A stretch of 34,151 nucleotides of DNA from IMG/VR virus record IMGVR_UViG_3300045988_084175. One strand, written 5' to 3'. Below, one piece after another: positions 18,031 through 25,306 of this stretch (its first letter is position 1; the number at the start of each line of letters is the position of its first letter). The notes beneath the pieces are model-generated. The model saw only the letters and a program-made list of their open reading frames with translations. It made no database searches and was not told where the DNA came from. The translations under genes were made by a program, and so were the position numbers. Origin of the DNA: a virus.

Positions 18031-18195
18031 GTGACCACTACAACAGTTGCGTTTCTTGTGTCTTTAATTACATCGGTATGTATCAGTAACATTGTCGGGA
18101 TACATTACCTAAGAAAATTAGATCGAGATTGGGAAGACGTGTTTGAACGAATGAAAAACATTACACTAGAAGAATTATCCAAACGTAACCATTAA
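18031..18195 (+). CDS. small membrane protein (54 aa), not in the ORF track; candidate superinfection-exclusion or toxin-like peptide
   Basis: AAGAAGGAGG 7 nt before GTG 18031. The product VTTTTVAFLVSLITSVCISNIVGIHYLRKLDRDWEDVFERMKNITLEELSKRNH has one TM segment and a charged tail. Confidence 0.45.
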   Translation: MTTTTVAFLVSLITSVCISNIVGIHYLRKLDRDWEDVFERMKNITLEELSKRNH

Positions 18196-18974
18196 ATACA
18201 AATACTCACAAAATCTTTACCTAGGGGAGTAAGTGTTATTGATCCTCTTTCAATTTCAATTTTCCGATCGATGTTTTTAGGATTCTCTGCTAATTTTTGT
18301 CTCTCTAAAGCCAAGAAAGGACTTGATTCATAAATTGAATAAACATCTGTTCCTTTCACTAATTGAACGAAAGATATCTCTATAAATCCAAGTCTAACTA
18401 AGTTTGTAATAGATGCCGAATAGTGATTAGGGGACAAGATGGTATTGGTAATAAAAACAAATCGATCTAAATATGAAAATGAATCATTTTTGTATCGAAT
18501 TAAGTGGTTAACGATTGGATAGACATCATTAGGCTTCTTACCAAAGTAAACCATGAGTTCAGCGTCAAGGGGCTTCATTTGTTTGATCGCCTCTACAAAA
18601 AATGGATGGATAGCTGAATTGCACCTTTTATCAAAAGATCCTGCAACTAATCTTGAAAACATATCACGATACTGTTCTTCTTCAAAGTAAAACTTAGAAG
18701 CATCTAAAGTAGGCCCCAAGATATTCATTTTAGGCTCTTGTAGCTCATTCTCAGGAATTTCTGAAATACTATCTTGGATTTGTTTGGCGTATAATTCTAA
18801 ATTTTTCTGATAATCTAATTTTTTCTTTCCATACCATAAATCAATACCTAAAGTTAGACCTTCCCACCCATGGGATAGCGTAGTACCAATGGTAGTAGCC
18901 AAAGGCGCTAATGCTTGATTGACAATTTGTGGTAATTCAAATTTGATTGTTAAAGTTTTAGAATGTTCATCCAT
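18192..18974 (-). CDS. hypothetical 260-aa protein in an AT-rich moron (possibly Abi-like; function unknown)
   Basis: Clean 260-aa ORF at about 33% GC, against about 52% in flanking DNA. The start region carries an extended -10 (TGgTATAAT) on the minus strand at about 18997-19008. Its 3' end overlaps the 18031 gene convergently by 4 bp. Confidence 0.6.
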   Translation of the reverse strand: MDEHSKTLTIKFELPQIVNQALAPLATTIGTTLSHGWEGLTLGIDLWYGKKKLDYQKNLELYAKQIQDSISEIPENELQEPKMNILGPTLDASKFYFEEEQYRDMFSRLVAGSFDKRCNSAIHPFFVEAIKQMKPLDAELMVYFGKKPNDVYPIVNHLIRYKNDSFSYLDRFVFITNTILSPNHYSASITNLVRLGFIEISFVQLVKGTDVYSIYESSPFLALERQKLAENPKNIDRKIEIERGSITLTPLGKDFVSICI

Positions 18975-19037
18975 AAGTTTAAAGTCCTTTCTTTTTATTA
19001 ATTATACCATCAGGTAATAAGAAAGCGAGGTGAGAAA

Positions 19038-19319
19038 GTGACTCGTATGGAAATACTTTCCCAGTATTACGTGACACAAACAGACATCCAGAAGCTTCTG
19101 CAGATGACCCATAAGAAGGCCAAGAAGATCTACGAGATGGTTAGTGAAATGGAAAATCAGGAACTGGGAGAGTTTCGAGCGCATGACAACAAGGTAGCAC
19201 TGAAAAAAGTGCTGAGGTGTCTGAAAATCGACTACAACTTTCTGGTTCGGCAGTGCCAACTGGAAGAACAAAAAAAGGAACCCTCAGCGAGCTTGGCGGC
19301 AACCGAGAGTTCAAGATGA
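19038..19319 (+). CDS. small HTH DNA-binding protein (possible excisionase or regulator)
   Basis: GTG 19038 lies 5 nt after GAGGTGA; the alternative is ATG 19047. The segment YVTQTDIQKLLQMTHKKAKKIYEMV has a helix-turn-helix pattern. Confidence 0.45.
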   Translation: MTRMEILSQYYVTQTDIQKLLQMTHKKAKKIYEMVSEMENQELGEFRAHDNKVALKKVLRCLKIDYNFLVRQCQLEEQKKEPSASLAATESSR

Positions 19320-19386
19320 TTCTATCGCTATAGGATCATCTCTATTTTATCACAGGCATTGAAGCCTGTGAAGAAGGGAGAATTAA

Positions 19387-19581
19387 ATGACGATAACTAA
19401 CGAAGCAGCCCGCGCTTATGCGGTAGTGGCAGCATCAATGATACCACAGCAGCTGCGGCAGGATAGGGTGCAGTGCATGGTGGCGCTTTACGATCAGATG
19501 GTTGAGTTAATGGATATTTACACAGAGATGGAGATCATGGACAAGATGCGCAAGGTACTCTCTGGGGATGGATCAAAATGA
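19387..19581 (+). CDS. hypothetical protein carrying one copy of a roughly 55-aa repeated domain
   Basis: RBS GAAGGGAG. AARAYAVVAASMIPQQLRQDRVQCMVALYDQMVELMDIYTEMEI is paralogous to two segments of the next gene. Confidence 0.5.
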   Translation: MTITNEAARAYAVVAASMIPQQLRQDRVQCMVALYDQMVELMDIYTEMEIMDKMRKVLSGDGSK

Positions 19582-19961
19582 ATTACGAAGAAATGTGCGC
19601 TCTTGCGGCAGTGGCCTTGTGCCGAATCCCGGTCAAAGAAAGAACAACAGACTATGAAAGCATCTCTCGAAAGCTGTGCGAAAACATGGTGAAACTGATG
19701 CCATGCATGACCGGAGCTGAGCTTATTGAGGGCGCTAATGCCGCCATAAACAAAGGTCGCACTGGCGAAAAAATGGTCACGAAAAAAGCTGCTCAGGATT
19801 ATGGTGCGGTAGCACTGACGACAGTTCCTGAACAGCTTAGGGAAACCGACATAATGTTCGCGATCAGCCTTTACGCTCAAATGGACGCACTCATGTGTGA
19901 GTACACACCGGCGCAGATTAGGGCACGGGCGCAGGAACTGCTAGACGGAGAGGTGTACTAA
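19578..19961 (+). CDS. hypothetical protein carrying two copies of the same roughly 55-aa domain
   Basis: ATGA overlap start. AAQDYGAVALTTVPEQLRETDIMFAISLYAQMDALMCEYTPAQI aligns with the 19387 product. The N-terminal half is a degenerate copy. Confidence 0.5.
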   Translation: MNYEEMCALAAVALCRIPVKERTTDYESISRKLCENMVKLMPCMTGAELIEGANAAINKGRTGEKMVTKKAAQDYGAVALTTVPEQLRETDIMFAISLYAQMDALMCEYTPAQIRARAQELLDGEVY

Positions 19962-20491
19962 TGCGTCGCCTTAAACGCCCGGTGCTGGTCATCCTCACGG
20001 CTGCGGTGACAGCCGGATTGACGCTCAACCTTCCAGCAGCAGAAGCAGAAACCCAAGCTCCTACACCGCAGACGGTGACAGTGATCGATCTTTATCAGCA
20101 AGACACGCCGCCCGCTTACACTGCGGAAATGGTGGTCAGCTGGCACGAGTGGCAGCCAACAGGTAAGGCGGCCGGAGTGGCGCCGGTTGCGCTGCTGGAG
20201 CTGGCAGAGGAGTACAACATCAGCCCGGTTTACGCCGCTGCGGTGTTTGTTTTGGAAACCGGCTGGGGAAGCTCGTCCGCATGGCTCAATAAGCACAATC
20301 CGGCCGGTATCCGGTGCGGTGACCGGTACTGCAAATATGACACCGCCGCAGATGGCCTACAGCGCATGTTTGAGATCATGCGTGACTACTACAGCAACGG
20401 TCTGACTACGGTGGATCAGCAGCGATCGCTGTGGTCGGAATCAGATGATACAGAGCAAATAGTTCAGCTGATGGAGCAGCTGGCGGAATGA
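19961..20491 (+). CDS. secreted glucosaminidase-domain protein (signal peptide plus FlgJ/mannosyl-glycoprotein endo-beta-N-acetylglucosaminidase-like domain)
   Basis: N-terminus MRRLKRPVLVILTAAVTAGLTLNLPAAEA is a Sec signal peptide. PVYAAAVFVLETGWGSSSAWLNKHNPAGIR matches the aaa...lESGWGkS...NNlFGI glucosaminidase motif. Confidence 0.6.
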   Translation: MRRLKRPVLVILTAAVTAGLTLNLPAAEAETQAPTPQTVTVIDLYQQDTPPAYTAEMVVSWHEWQPTGKAAGVAPVALLELAEEYNISPVYAAAVFVLETGWGSSSAWLNKHNPAGIRCGDRYCKYDTAADGLQRMFEIMRDYYSNGLTTVDQQRSLWSESDDTEQIVQLMEQLAE

Positions 20492-20570
20492 CACAGGAAA
20501 TTGTTCTTTGAAAACTGAATGAGAGGCTAAGTCATATAAAAAGCTCCTTCCCTGGTCTGCTTGTAATTTG

Positions 20571-20616
20571 TGCAATGCAAAAAGTAATTGACTTAATGCA
20601 ATGCAAAAAGTATAAT
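20571..20616 (+). promoter_or_regulatory. early promoter TTGACT-17-TATAAT overlapped by two direct 16-bp repeats (candidate operators)
   Basis: TTGACT lies at 20588-20593 and TATAAT at 20611-20616, with a 17-nt spacer. TGCAATGCAAAAAGTA occurs at 20571-20586 and 20597-20612. Confidence 0.65.
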
Positions 20617-20650
20617 AAATATGGGCAAATCAGAGTAGAAAGGAGGGAAT

Positions 20651-20821
20651 GTGCCCAACAAAAAGAAAATGGGAAGGCCAGAAGTCAGCAATCCCAAAGC
20701 AATAAATAAGACGATTAGGTTTGATAAAGAAACACTTGATAAAGTCGAAGTTTATTGTCAAAAAAAAGGGCTATCTGTTTCGGAATTAGTTCGGATAGCT
20801 GTGCTGGAGTACATCAAATAA
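20651..20821 (+). CDS. ribbon-helix-helix (CopG/Arc-like) DNA-binding protein, 56 aa (not in the ORF track)
   Basis: GTG follows GAAAGGAGGG with a short spacer. KTIRFDKETLDKVEVYCQKKGLSVSELVRIAVLEYIK has the RHH beta-alpha-alpha pattern. It is the first gene after the early promoter. Confidence 0.5.
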   Translation: MPNKKKMGRPEVSNPKAINKTIRFDKETLDKVEVYCQKKGLSVSELVRIAVLEYIK

Positions 20822-20958
20822 AAAAGGCGTTGCTGTTTAGTCGGCAAACCAGAGAGCAACGCCACTCTTACACCCACAAGGGGCGGTTAAAGTATACCAT
20901 AGCCTCTTGTGATTTTCAACGCACCCAAAATGGGTAGAAAACATAGGAGGCTTTTTAT

Positions 20959-21276
20959 ATGAGCGAATTAGTCACTCTTTCAGTTGAACAGCTAGAAGCA
21001 CTCAAACAGGATATCATCAGCGAGATCAAACTTGAAAATTCTAAGAAATGGAAAAAAGAATTGATTGCCGTGGAAAGGAAGTACCACAGACAGCTTGTTT
21101 CCATCAATGGCGGAAGCACATGGAACTTAATTCAGCGAGTGACAGCCTATAAGATGGGCTGTAAGTACGCAAGAGAAATATCCGATGAAAGAGTACCAGA
21201 AGCCGCAGAAATCGCTGAGAAGCTCTGTATTGAGGTTATAGAAGCGTTTGCGAAGAAAGAAAATGAAAAAGCGTAA
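20959..21276 (+). CDS. hypothetical early protein (105 aa)
   Basis: RBS ATAGGAGG, clean ORF, no known motif. Confidence 0.55.
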   Translation: MSELVTLSVEQLEALKQDIISEIKLENSKKWKKELIAVERKYHRQLVSINGGSTWNLIQRVTAYKMGCKYAREISDERVPEAAEIAEKLCIEVIEAFAKKENEKA

Positions 21277-21400
21277 ACCTCGCCGCTGGGTACAAGCGGT
21301 AATAATCATCCTTGCCGGTGCAATCATGGCGCTGGCTCTGACCAGCTGCATGATCAGCGCGCATTATCAAACATTAGAAAGGGTAGAGAATTATGAATAA
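21263..21400 (+). CDS. possible small lipoprotein (45 aa)
   Basis: Encodes MKKRKPRRWVQAVIIILAGAIMALALTSC..., a basic n-region plus hydrophobic core with an L-T-S-C lipobox-like motif. Weak RBS. Overlaps neighbouring genes. Confidence 0.3.
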   Translation: MKKRKPRRWVQAVIIILAGAIMALALTSCMISAHYQTLERVENYE

Positions 21401-22091
21401 ATTAGAAATCTTCAATCATCCAGACTTTGGAAATATCAGAACTACTGTAGTCAACGACGAACCTTGGTTTGCAGGAAAAGATGTGGCAGAAGCTCTGGGA
21501 TATAGTGATCCACTGAAAGCAATTAGAGTTCATGTGGATGAAGATGACAAGGGGGTGGACGAAATGGCCACCCCTGGAGGAAATCAAAGTGTAATCATTA
21601 TCAACGAATCTGGTGTTTACGCTTTGGTCTTCGGAAGCAAGCTACCATCGGCTAAGAAGTTCAAACATTGGGTCACGTCAGAAGTCCTTCCAATGATTCG
21701 CAAGACCAGAGGTTATCAGATACCTACCGATCCAATGAGCGCTCTGAAGCTTATGTTTGAAGTCCAGAAGACAGATAATCAGAGAATTAATGATCTGGAA
21801 GGGAGAGTAAGCAACCTTGCTGAAAATGCGCCACTGACACCGAGCGAATACGGCTATTTGAATAACCTGATCGCAAGCCGTGTGAGAGAGGTTAAGCAGG
21901 TTCATCAAATGAATCTAAACAAGCGGCAGAATTCCTATCTTTACAAGGCGATTGGCCGGGATGTCAAACAGGTTGCTAACGTGCAGGTTAGAAGTCAGAT
22001 TCGATCGAGAGATTTTGACAAGGTGGCTGAATTTGTAAAAGAATGGGAGCCATCAAAGGCGGTCATGGTTGTCATTCAGGATTTAGTGTAA
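21393..22091 (+). CDS. ant: phage antirepressor (Bro-N domain with a KilA-C-like C-terminus)
   Basis: N-terminus FNHPDFGNIRTTVVNDEPWFAGKDVAEALGYSDPLKAIRVHVDEDDKG is a classic Bro-N domain. Confidence 0.8.
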   Translation: MNKLEIFNHPDFGNIRTTVVNDEPWFAGKDVAEALGYSDPLKAIRVHVDEDDKGVDEMATPGGNQSVIIINESGVYALVFGSKLPSAKKFKHWVTSEVLPMIRKTRGYQIPTDPMSALKLMFEVQKTDNQRINDLEGRVSNLAENAPLTPSEYGYLNNLIASRVREVKQVHQMNLNKRQNSYLYKAIGRDVKQVANVQVRSQIRSRDFDKVAEFVKEWEPSKAVMVVIQDLV

Positions 22092-22101
22092 GGTGATGAC
22101 G

Positions 22102-22380
22102 ATGACAGAAAGAATGTACGAACTCGAACAATCTCATCTTTACGCTGGAGGGTGTCAGATGGATCCGGAAGAACCGGAAATTATCACCTGCGATTGTGGA
22201 CATGAGTGCGAAAAAGGAGAAGAACACAGAATTAACGGAGAAACACTGTGTCAGAAATGCTTTGAAAGGTATCGCAGCGACTTAATCTGGAAAATGGAAA
22301 GTTTATTTCGTGACATATTCACGGAAGACGACCTTGCCATTATCTACGACGAAGACCTGTTGAGTGAGGTTAATTTATGA
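22102..22380 (+). CDS. Cys-rich (zinc-binding-like) hypothetical protein
   Basis: ATG 22102 is 5 nt after AAGGTGA; the ORF track starts at GTG 22093. Contains CDCGHEC...CQKC. Confidence 0.5.
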   Translation: MTERMYELEQSHLYAGGCQMDPEEPEIITCDCGHECEKGEEHRINGETLCQKCFERYRSDLIWKMESLFRDIFTEDDLAIIYDEDLLSEVNL

Positions 22381-23063
22381 GCGATTTAAACATCTATGCA
22401 AAATTAAGCAAGATTACCGCAGAAATTGCAACGGTGGCAAAGAATTTGAGTGTCGGATATGGCGCAAGTACCTATAAAGCCACAGGAGAAGCAGATATTC
22501 TTAGAGCAGTAAAGCCAATTGAGGAAAAACATGGAGTTTATTCTTACCCGTATAAAAGAGAGATCATCAGCGAAGGGATAACATCATCAGAAAAGGTAAA
22601 AAAGGACGGCACGATAGATAAAAAAGAGAATCTTTACCTTCGTATGCATACCATTTACCGCTTTGTAAACATCGACAAACCAGAAGAATATATCGACATT
22701 GACACCTATGGAGATGGGGTAGATTCAGGCGATAAAGCACCGGGTAAGGCTATGACTTATTCTGACAAATACGCATTAATGAAAGCTTACAAGATCATAA
22801 CTGGCGACGATCCGGATCAAATAAGCTCAGATGATTTAGATCTGAACAAAGTCGCGATTGAATACCAAAGGCTGCGAACTAAGCTTGCAAGTTTAGGATG
22901 CGATTTCCGAGATGAAAAGACAAACGGATTTATTGTTCAGTCAGCGAACATTCAAACACAGGACATTCAGAAATTAAGCCATGAAGAAATCGTTCGCCTG
23001 CTGGCGACATATAGAGCAATGATAGCAGCAAAAGAAGGAAACAATGAAAAGCAAGCGAAGTAA
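22377..23063 (+). CDS. erf: ERF-family single-strand annealing recombinase
   Basis: N-terminus LNIYAKLSKITAEIATVAKNLSVGYGASTYKATGEADILRAVKPIEEKHG is characteristic of the ERF superfamily. Confidence 0.8.
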   Translation: MSDLNIYAKLSKITAEIATVAKNLSVGYGASTYKATGEADILRAVKPIEEKHGVYSYPYKREIISEGITSSEKVKKDGTIDKKENLYLRMHTIYRFVNIDKPEEYIDIDTYGDGVDSGDKAPGKAMTYSDKYALMKAYKIITGDDPDQISSDDLDLNKVAIEYQRLRTKLASLGCDFRDEKTNGFIVQSANIQTQDIQKLSHEEIVRLLATYRAMIAAKEGNNEKQAK

Positions 23064-23370
23064 AGCCTGCGAATTCAGTGCAAACGAACGGAAAGCCATC
23101 TGTGAGCGCGATTCTTATCGGTGTGTGATATGTGGAAGCCATCAGGCTTTAACCGTCGCACACCTCATTTCTCGCGGCCGTGGAGGGTTAGGGATACGAC
23201 AGAATGGAGCGCTACTTTGCGTAAGGTGTCATCAGATCGTCGATCAAGGGTCAAATTCAGAAGTCAGAAAAGCTTATCAGCAGTTTTTAAGAAGTTACCT
23301 TGAAACGAATTATCCAGAGTTTACAGATGATGAAAGGATGTACAAAAAGTGGAGCTTATACAAGAGATGA
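23044..23370 (+). CDS. HNH endonuclease
   Basis: Contains CVICGS...HLISRGRGG...N...CVRCH, the CxxC...H...N...CxxCH HNH pattern. RBS AAGGAA. Confidence 0.7.
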   Translation: MKSKRSKACEFSANERKAICERDSYRCVICGSHQALTVAHLISRGRGGLGIRQNGALLCVRCHQIVDQGSNSEVRKAYQQFLRSYLETNYPEFTDDERMYKKWSLYKR

Positions 23371-23678
23371 ACCAGAAAGTAAACGAACTGAATATTTCTG
23401 TAAGGCAGCTGCGAATCTCAGGAACAGCCCGAGCAGAAGCGGAACGAGATTATAAGATCGCATTGCGCATAGAAGCTCTGAAATTGCGTGACTCAGGGAT
23501 AGCGGTATCCATGATTGACAAGGTTGTTTATGGGGTCAAGGAAATAGCCGAATTACGCTTTAAGCGCGACGTAGCAGATACAGTATATCAAGCAAATTTA
23601 GAAGCCATTAACTCAATAAAACTGCAGATCAGAATTCTTGAAAATCAAATTTCAAGGGAATGGGGTATTTCTAAATGA
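23367..23678 (+). CDS. hypothetical coiled-coil protein
   Basis: ATGA overlap with the HNH stop; an alternative GTG lies at 23349. 104 aa, no confident family. Confidence 0.5.
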   Translation: MNQKVNELNISVRQLRISGTARAEAERDYKIALRIEALKLRDSGIAVSMIDKVVYGVKEIAELRFKRDVADTVYQANLEAINSIKLQIRILENQISREWGISK

Positions 23679-23798
23679 ATGAGTACATAAAGGTCGGATT
23701 TGTAAAGGTGTTCCGAACGTTTTTAGACTGGCAGTGGTTTCAAAAGCCTTGCTTCATATGTCGAAAAAGCGGGGGTATTTTGTAAAGGAGGTGTCAGT

Positions 23799-24617
23799 GT
23801 GTACGCTGGATATATTAAAATACATCGCCAATTACTTGAATGGGAATGGTACGGTGACACTAATACAATGCGTGTTTTTCTCCACCTTCTGTTGTCGGCG
23901 AATTGGAAAAATGGGATGTTCAAGGGGGTTGAAATACCGCGCGGGAACTTGGTCACAAGTTTGTCCAAATTAAGTCAGGCACTAAGCCTTACAGAGCGTC
24001 AAATAAGGACAGCCATTGAGCACCTCAAAAAGTCAGGCACGATAGCAGTCACAACATACTCAAAATTCAGCGTAATAGAGGTGTTAAATTACGATCTCTA
24101 CCAAGACAACGACAGTCAAAATGACAGTCAAAATGACAATCAAGAAGTCAGTCAAACGACAGGATATAGGTCAGACAACGCGTCAGTCAAATGTCAGTCA
24201 AACGACAGCCAAACGACAACAATAGAAGAATATAAGAAAGTAAGAAAGAAAGAAGTAAAGAAGAAAGAAGTAAAGAAGAAAGAAGAAAAGATTCTTTTAA
24301 ATACTTGTCCAGAGCCAGTTGCTATCGCACTACCTCTGACAGGCGGCGAGGAACATCAGGTGACGCAAAAACAAGTTGACCAATTCGCTGCTCTTTATCC
24401 CGCTGTTGATATCATGCAGGAGTTGAGAAACATGAAAGGCTGGTTGATTAGCAACCCTGAACGAAGGAAAACCAAGTCAGGGATAAACAGATTTATCAAC
24501 CGATGGCTGGCCAAGGCTCAGAATCAAAGCCGAGGCAACCAACAGCCACTATCGCAAAAAAAAGAAAGCACGAATCCATTCCTGGAAATGTTGGAAAGAG
24601 GTGAATTTGATGAATAA
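23799..24617 (+). CDS. replisome organizer (DnaD-like N-terminal winged-helix domain) with a low-complexity repeat core
   Basis: GTG follows AAAGGAGGTG. The N-terminus YIKIHRQLLEWEWYGDTNTMRVFLHLLLSANWKNG...RGNLVTSLSKLSQALSLTERQIRTAIEHLKKSGTI resembles the phage replisome-organizer N domain. The central DNDSQNDSQND and KKVRKKEVKKKEVKKKEEK stretches are encoded by DNA repeats. Confidence 0.65.
   Translation: MYAGYIKIHRQLLEWEWYGDTNTMRVFLHLLLSANWKNGMFKGVEIPRGNLVTSLSKLSQALSLTERQIRTAIEHLKKSGTIAVTTYSKFSVIEVLNYDLYQDNDSQNDSQNDNQEVSQTTGYRSDNASVKCQSNDSQTTTIEEYKKVRKKEVKKKEVKKKEEKILLNTCPEPVAIALPLTGGEEHQVTQKQVDQFAALYPAVDIMQELRNMKGWLISNPERRKTKSGINRFINRWLAKAQNQSRGNQQPLSQKKESTNPFLEMLERGEFDE
24100..24300. repeat. 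direct DNA repeats inside the replisome-organizer gene (candidate ori)
   Basis: gacagtcaaaat occurs twice (24113-24136). aagaaagaagtaaagaag-type iterons lie at 24236-24292. A/G-rich. Confidence 0.5.
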
Positions 24618-25158
24618 GCAAGAAACCGCCAAGATCCTCGCTGTCATAAAGCAAACCTACCCGTCGTTCTATTACCGGCAGAGCGAGGACGACATAAAGA
24701 AATCGGTCAACTTGTGGCAGAGCTTGTTCGAGGATGATGACGCAGTGATCGTTGGCGCGGCGCTGAAATCATTCATCGTTTCTGACGCTTCCGGATATCC
24801 ACCGACGCCGGGGCAGATCAAGGAAAAGATGCGACTTATCACGCACCCAGACCGATTGTCCGAAGCTGATGCATGGCAAGCGGTAAAGATCGCAATGCGC
24901 AACGGAATCTATGGGGCGGAGGAAGAATATGCGAAACTGCCGGAGGAAGTAAAGCGGGTATGTAGTGTGTCCGATATCCGGGATTGGGCGAAGATGGACA
25001 CCGAGGACATCAACACCGTTGTACAGTCAAACTTCCTCAAAGGCTTCCGTCGCCGGCAGGAGCAGCTGGAACAAGTAGCAATGCTTCCGTCTAGCGTTAA
25101 ACGGCTGATCTCAGCTCAGAAAGACTCTGTAAAAGAAATTGAGGATAAGTCATGCTAA
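24610..25158 (+). CDS. helicase loader, SPP1 G39P-like
   Basis: ATG 24610 follows GGAAAGAGGTG. AKILAVIKQTYPSFYYRQSEDDIKKSVNLWQSLFEDDDAVIVGAALKSFIVSDASGYPPTPGQI parallels the G39P motif IKAAYPNF...vW...L.dy....V..A........fPPsi. Confidence 0.55.
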   Translation: MNKQETAKILAVIKQTYPSFYYRQSEDDIKKSVNLWQSLFEDDDAVIVGAALKSFIVSDASGYPPTPGQIKEKMRLITHPDRLSEADAWQAVKIAMRNGIYGAEEEYAKLPEEVKRVCSVSDIRDWAKMDTEDINTVVQSNFLKGFRRRQEQLEQVAMLPSSVKRLISAQKDSVKEIEDKSC

Positions 25159-25297
25159 TGGTTTACCGTTTACGCCGTTACCCACATTTGGCGCCGTCTT
25201 ACATCGTGTGCAGCAATGCAGTGGAAGGATTGCGGCTGGTGAGTAGAGCATTGAAGATCCAAGAAACAGAGATTGAAGTGATCGGGATGATCCCGTA
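25151..25297 (+). CDS. possible small ORF (48 aa)
   Basis: ATG overlaps the loader stop. Encodes MLMVYRLRRYPHLAPSYIVCSNAVEGLRLVSRALKIQETEIEVIGMIP. No RBS, low support. Confidence 0.2.
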
Positions 25298-25306
25298 GGA
25301 GGAGAA

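Noticed and set aside
20755-20937. ORF 20755..20937
   Set aside because: It overlaps the 3' end of the RHH gene in another frame, has no RBS, and spans a hairpin and intergenic region. It is likely spurious.
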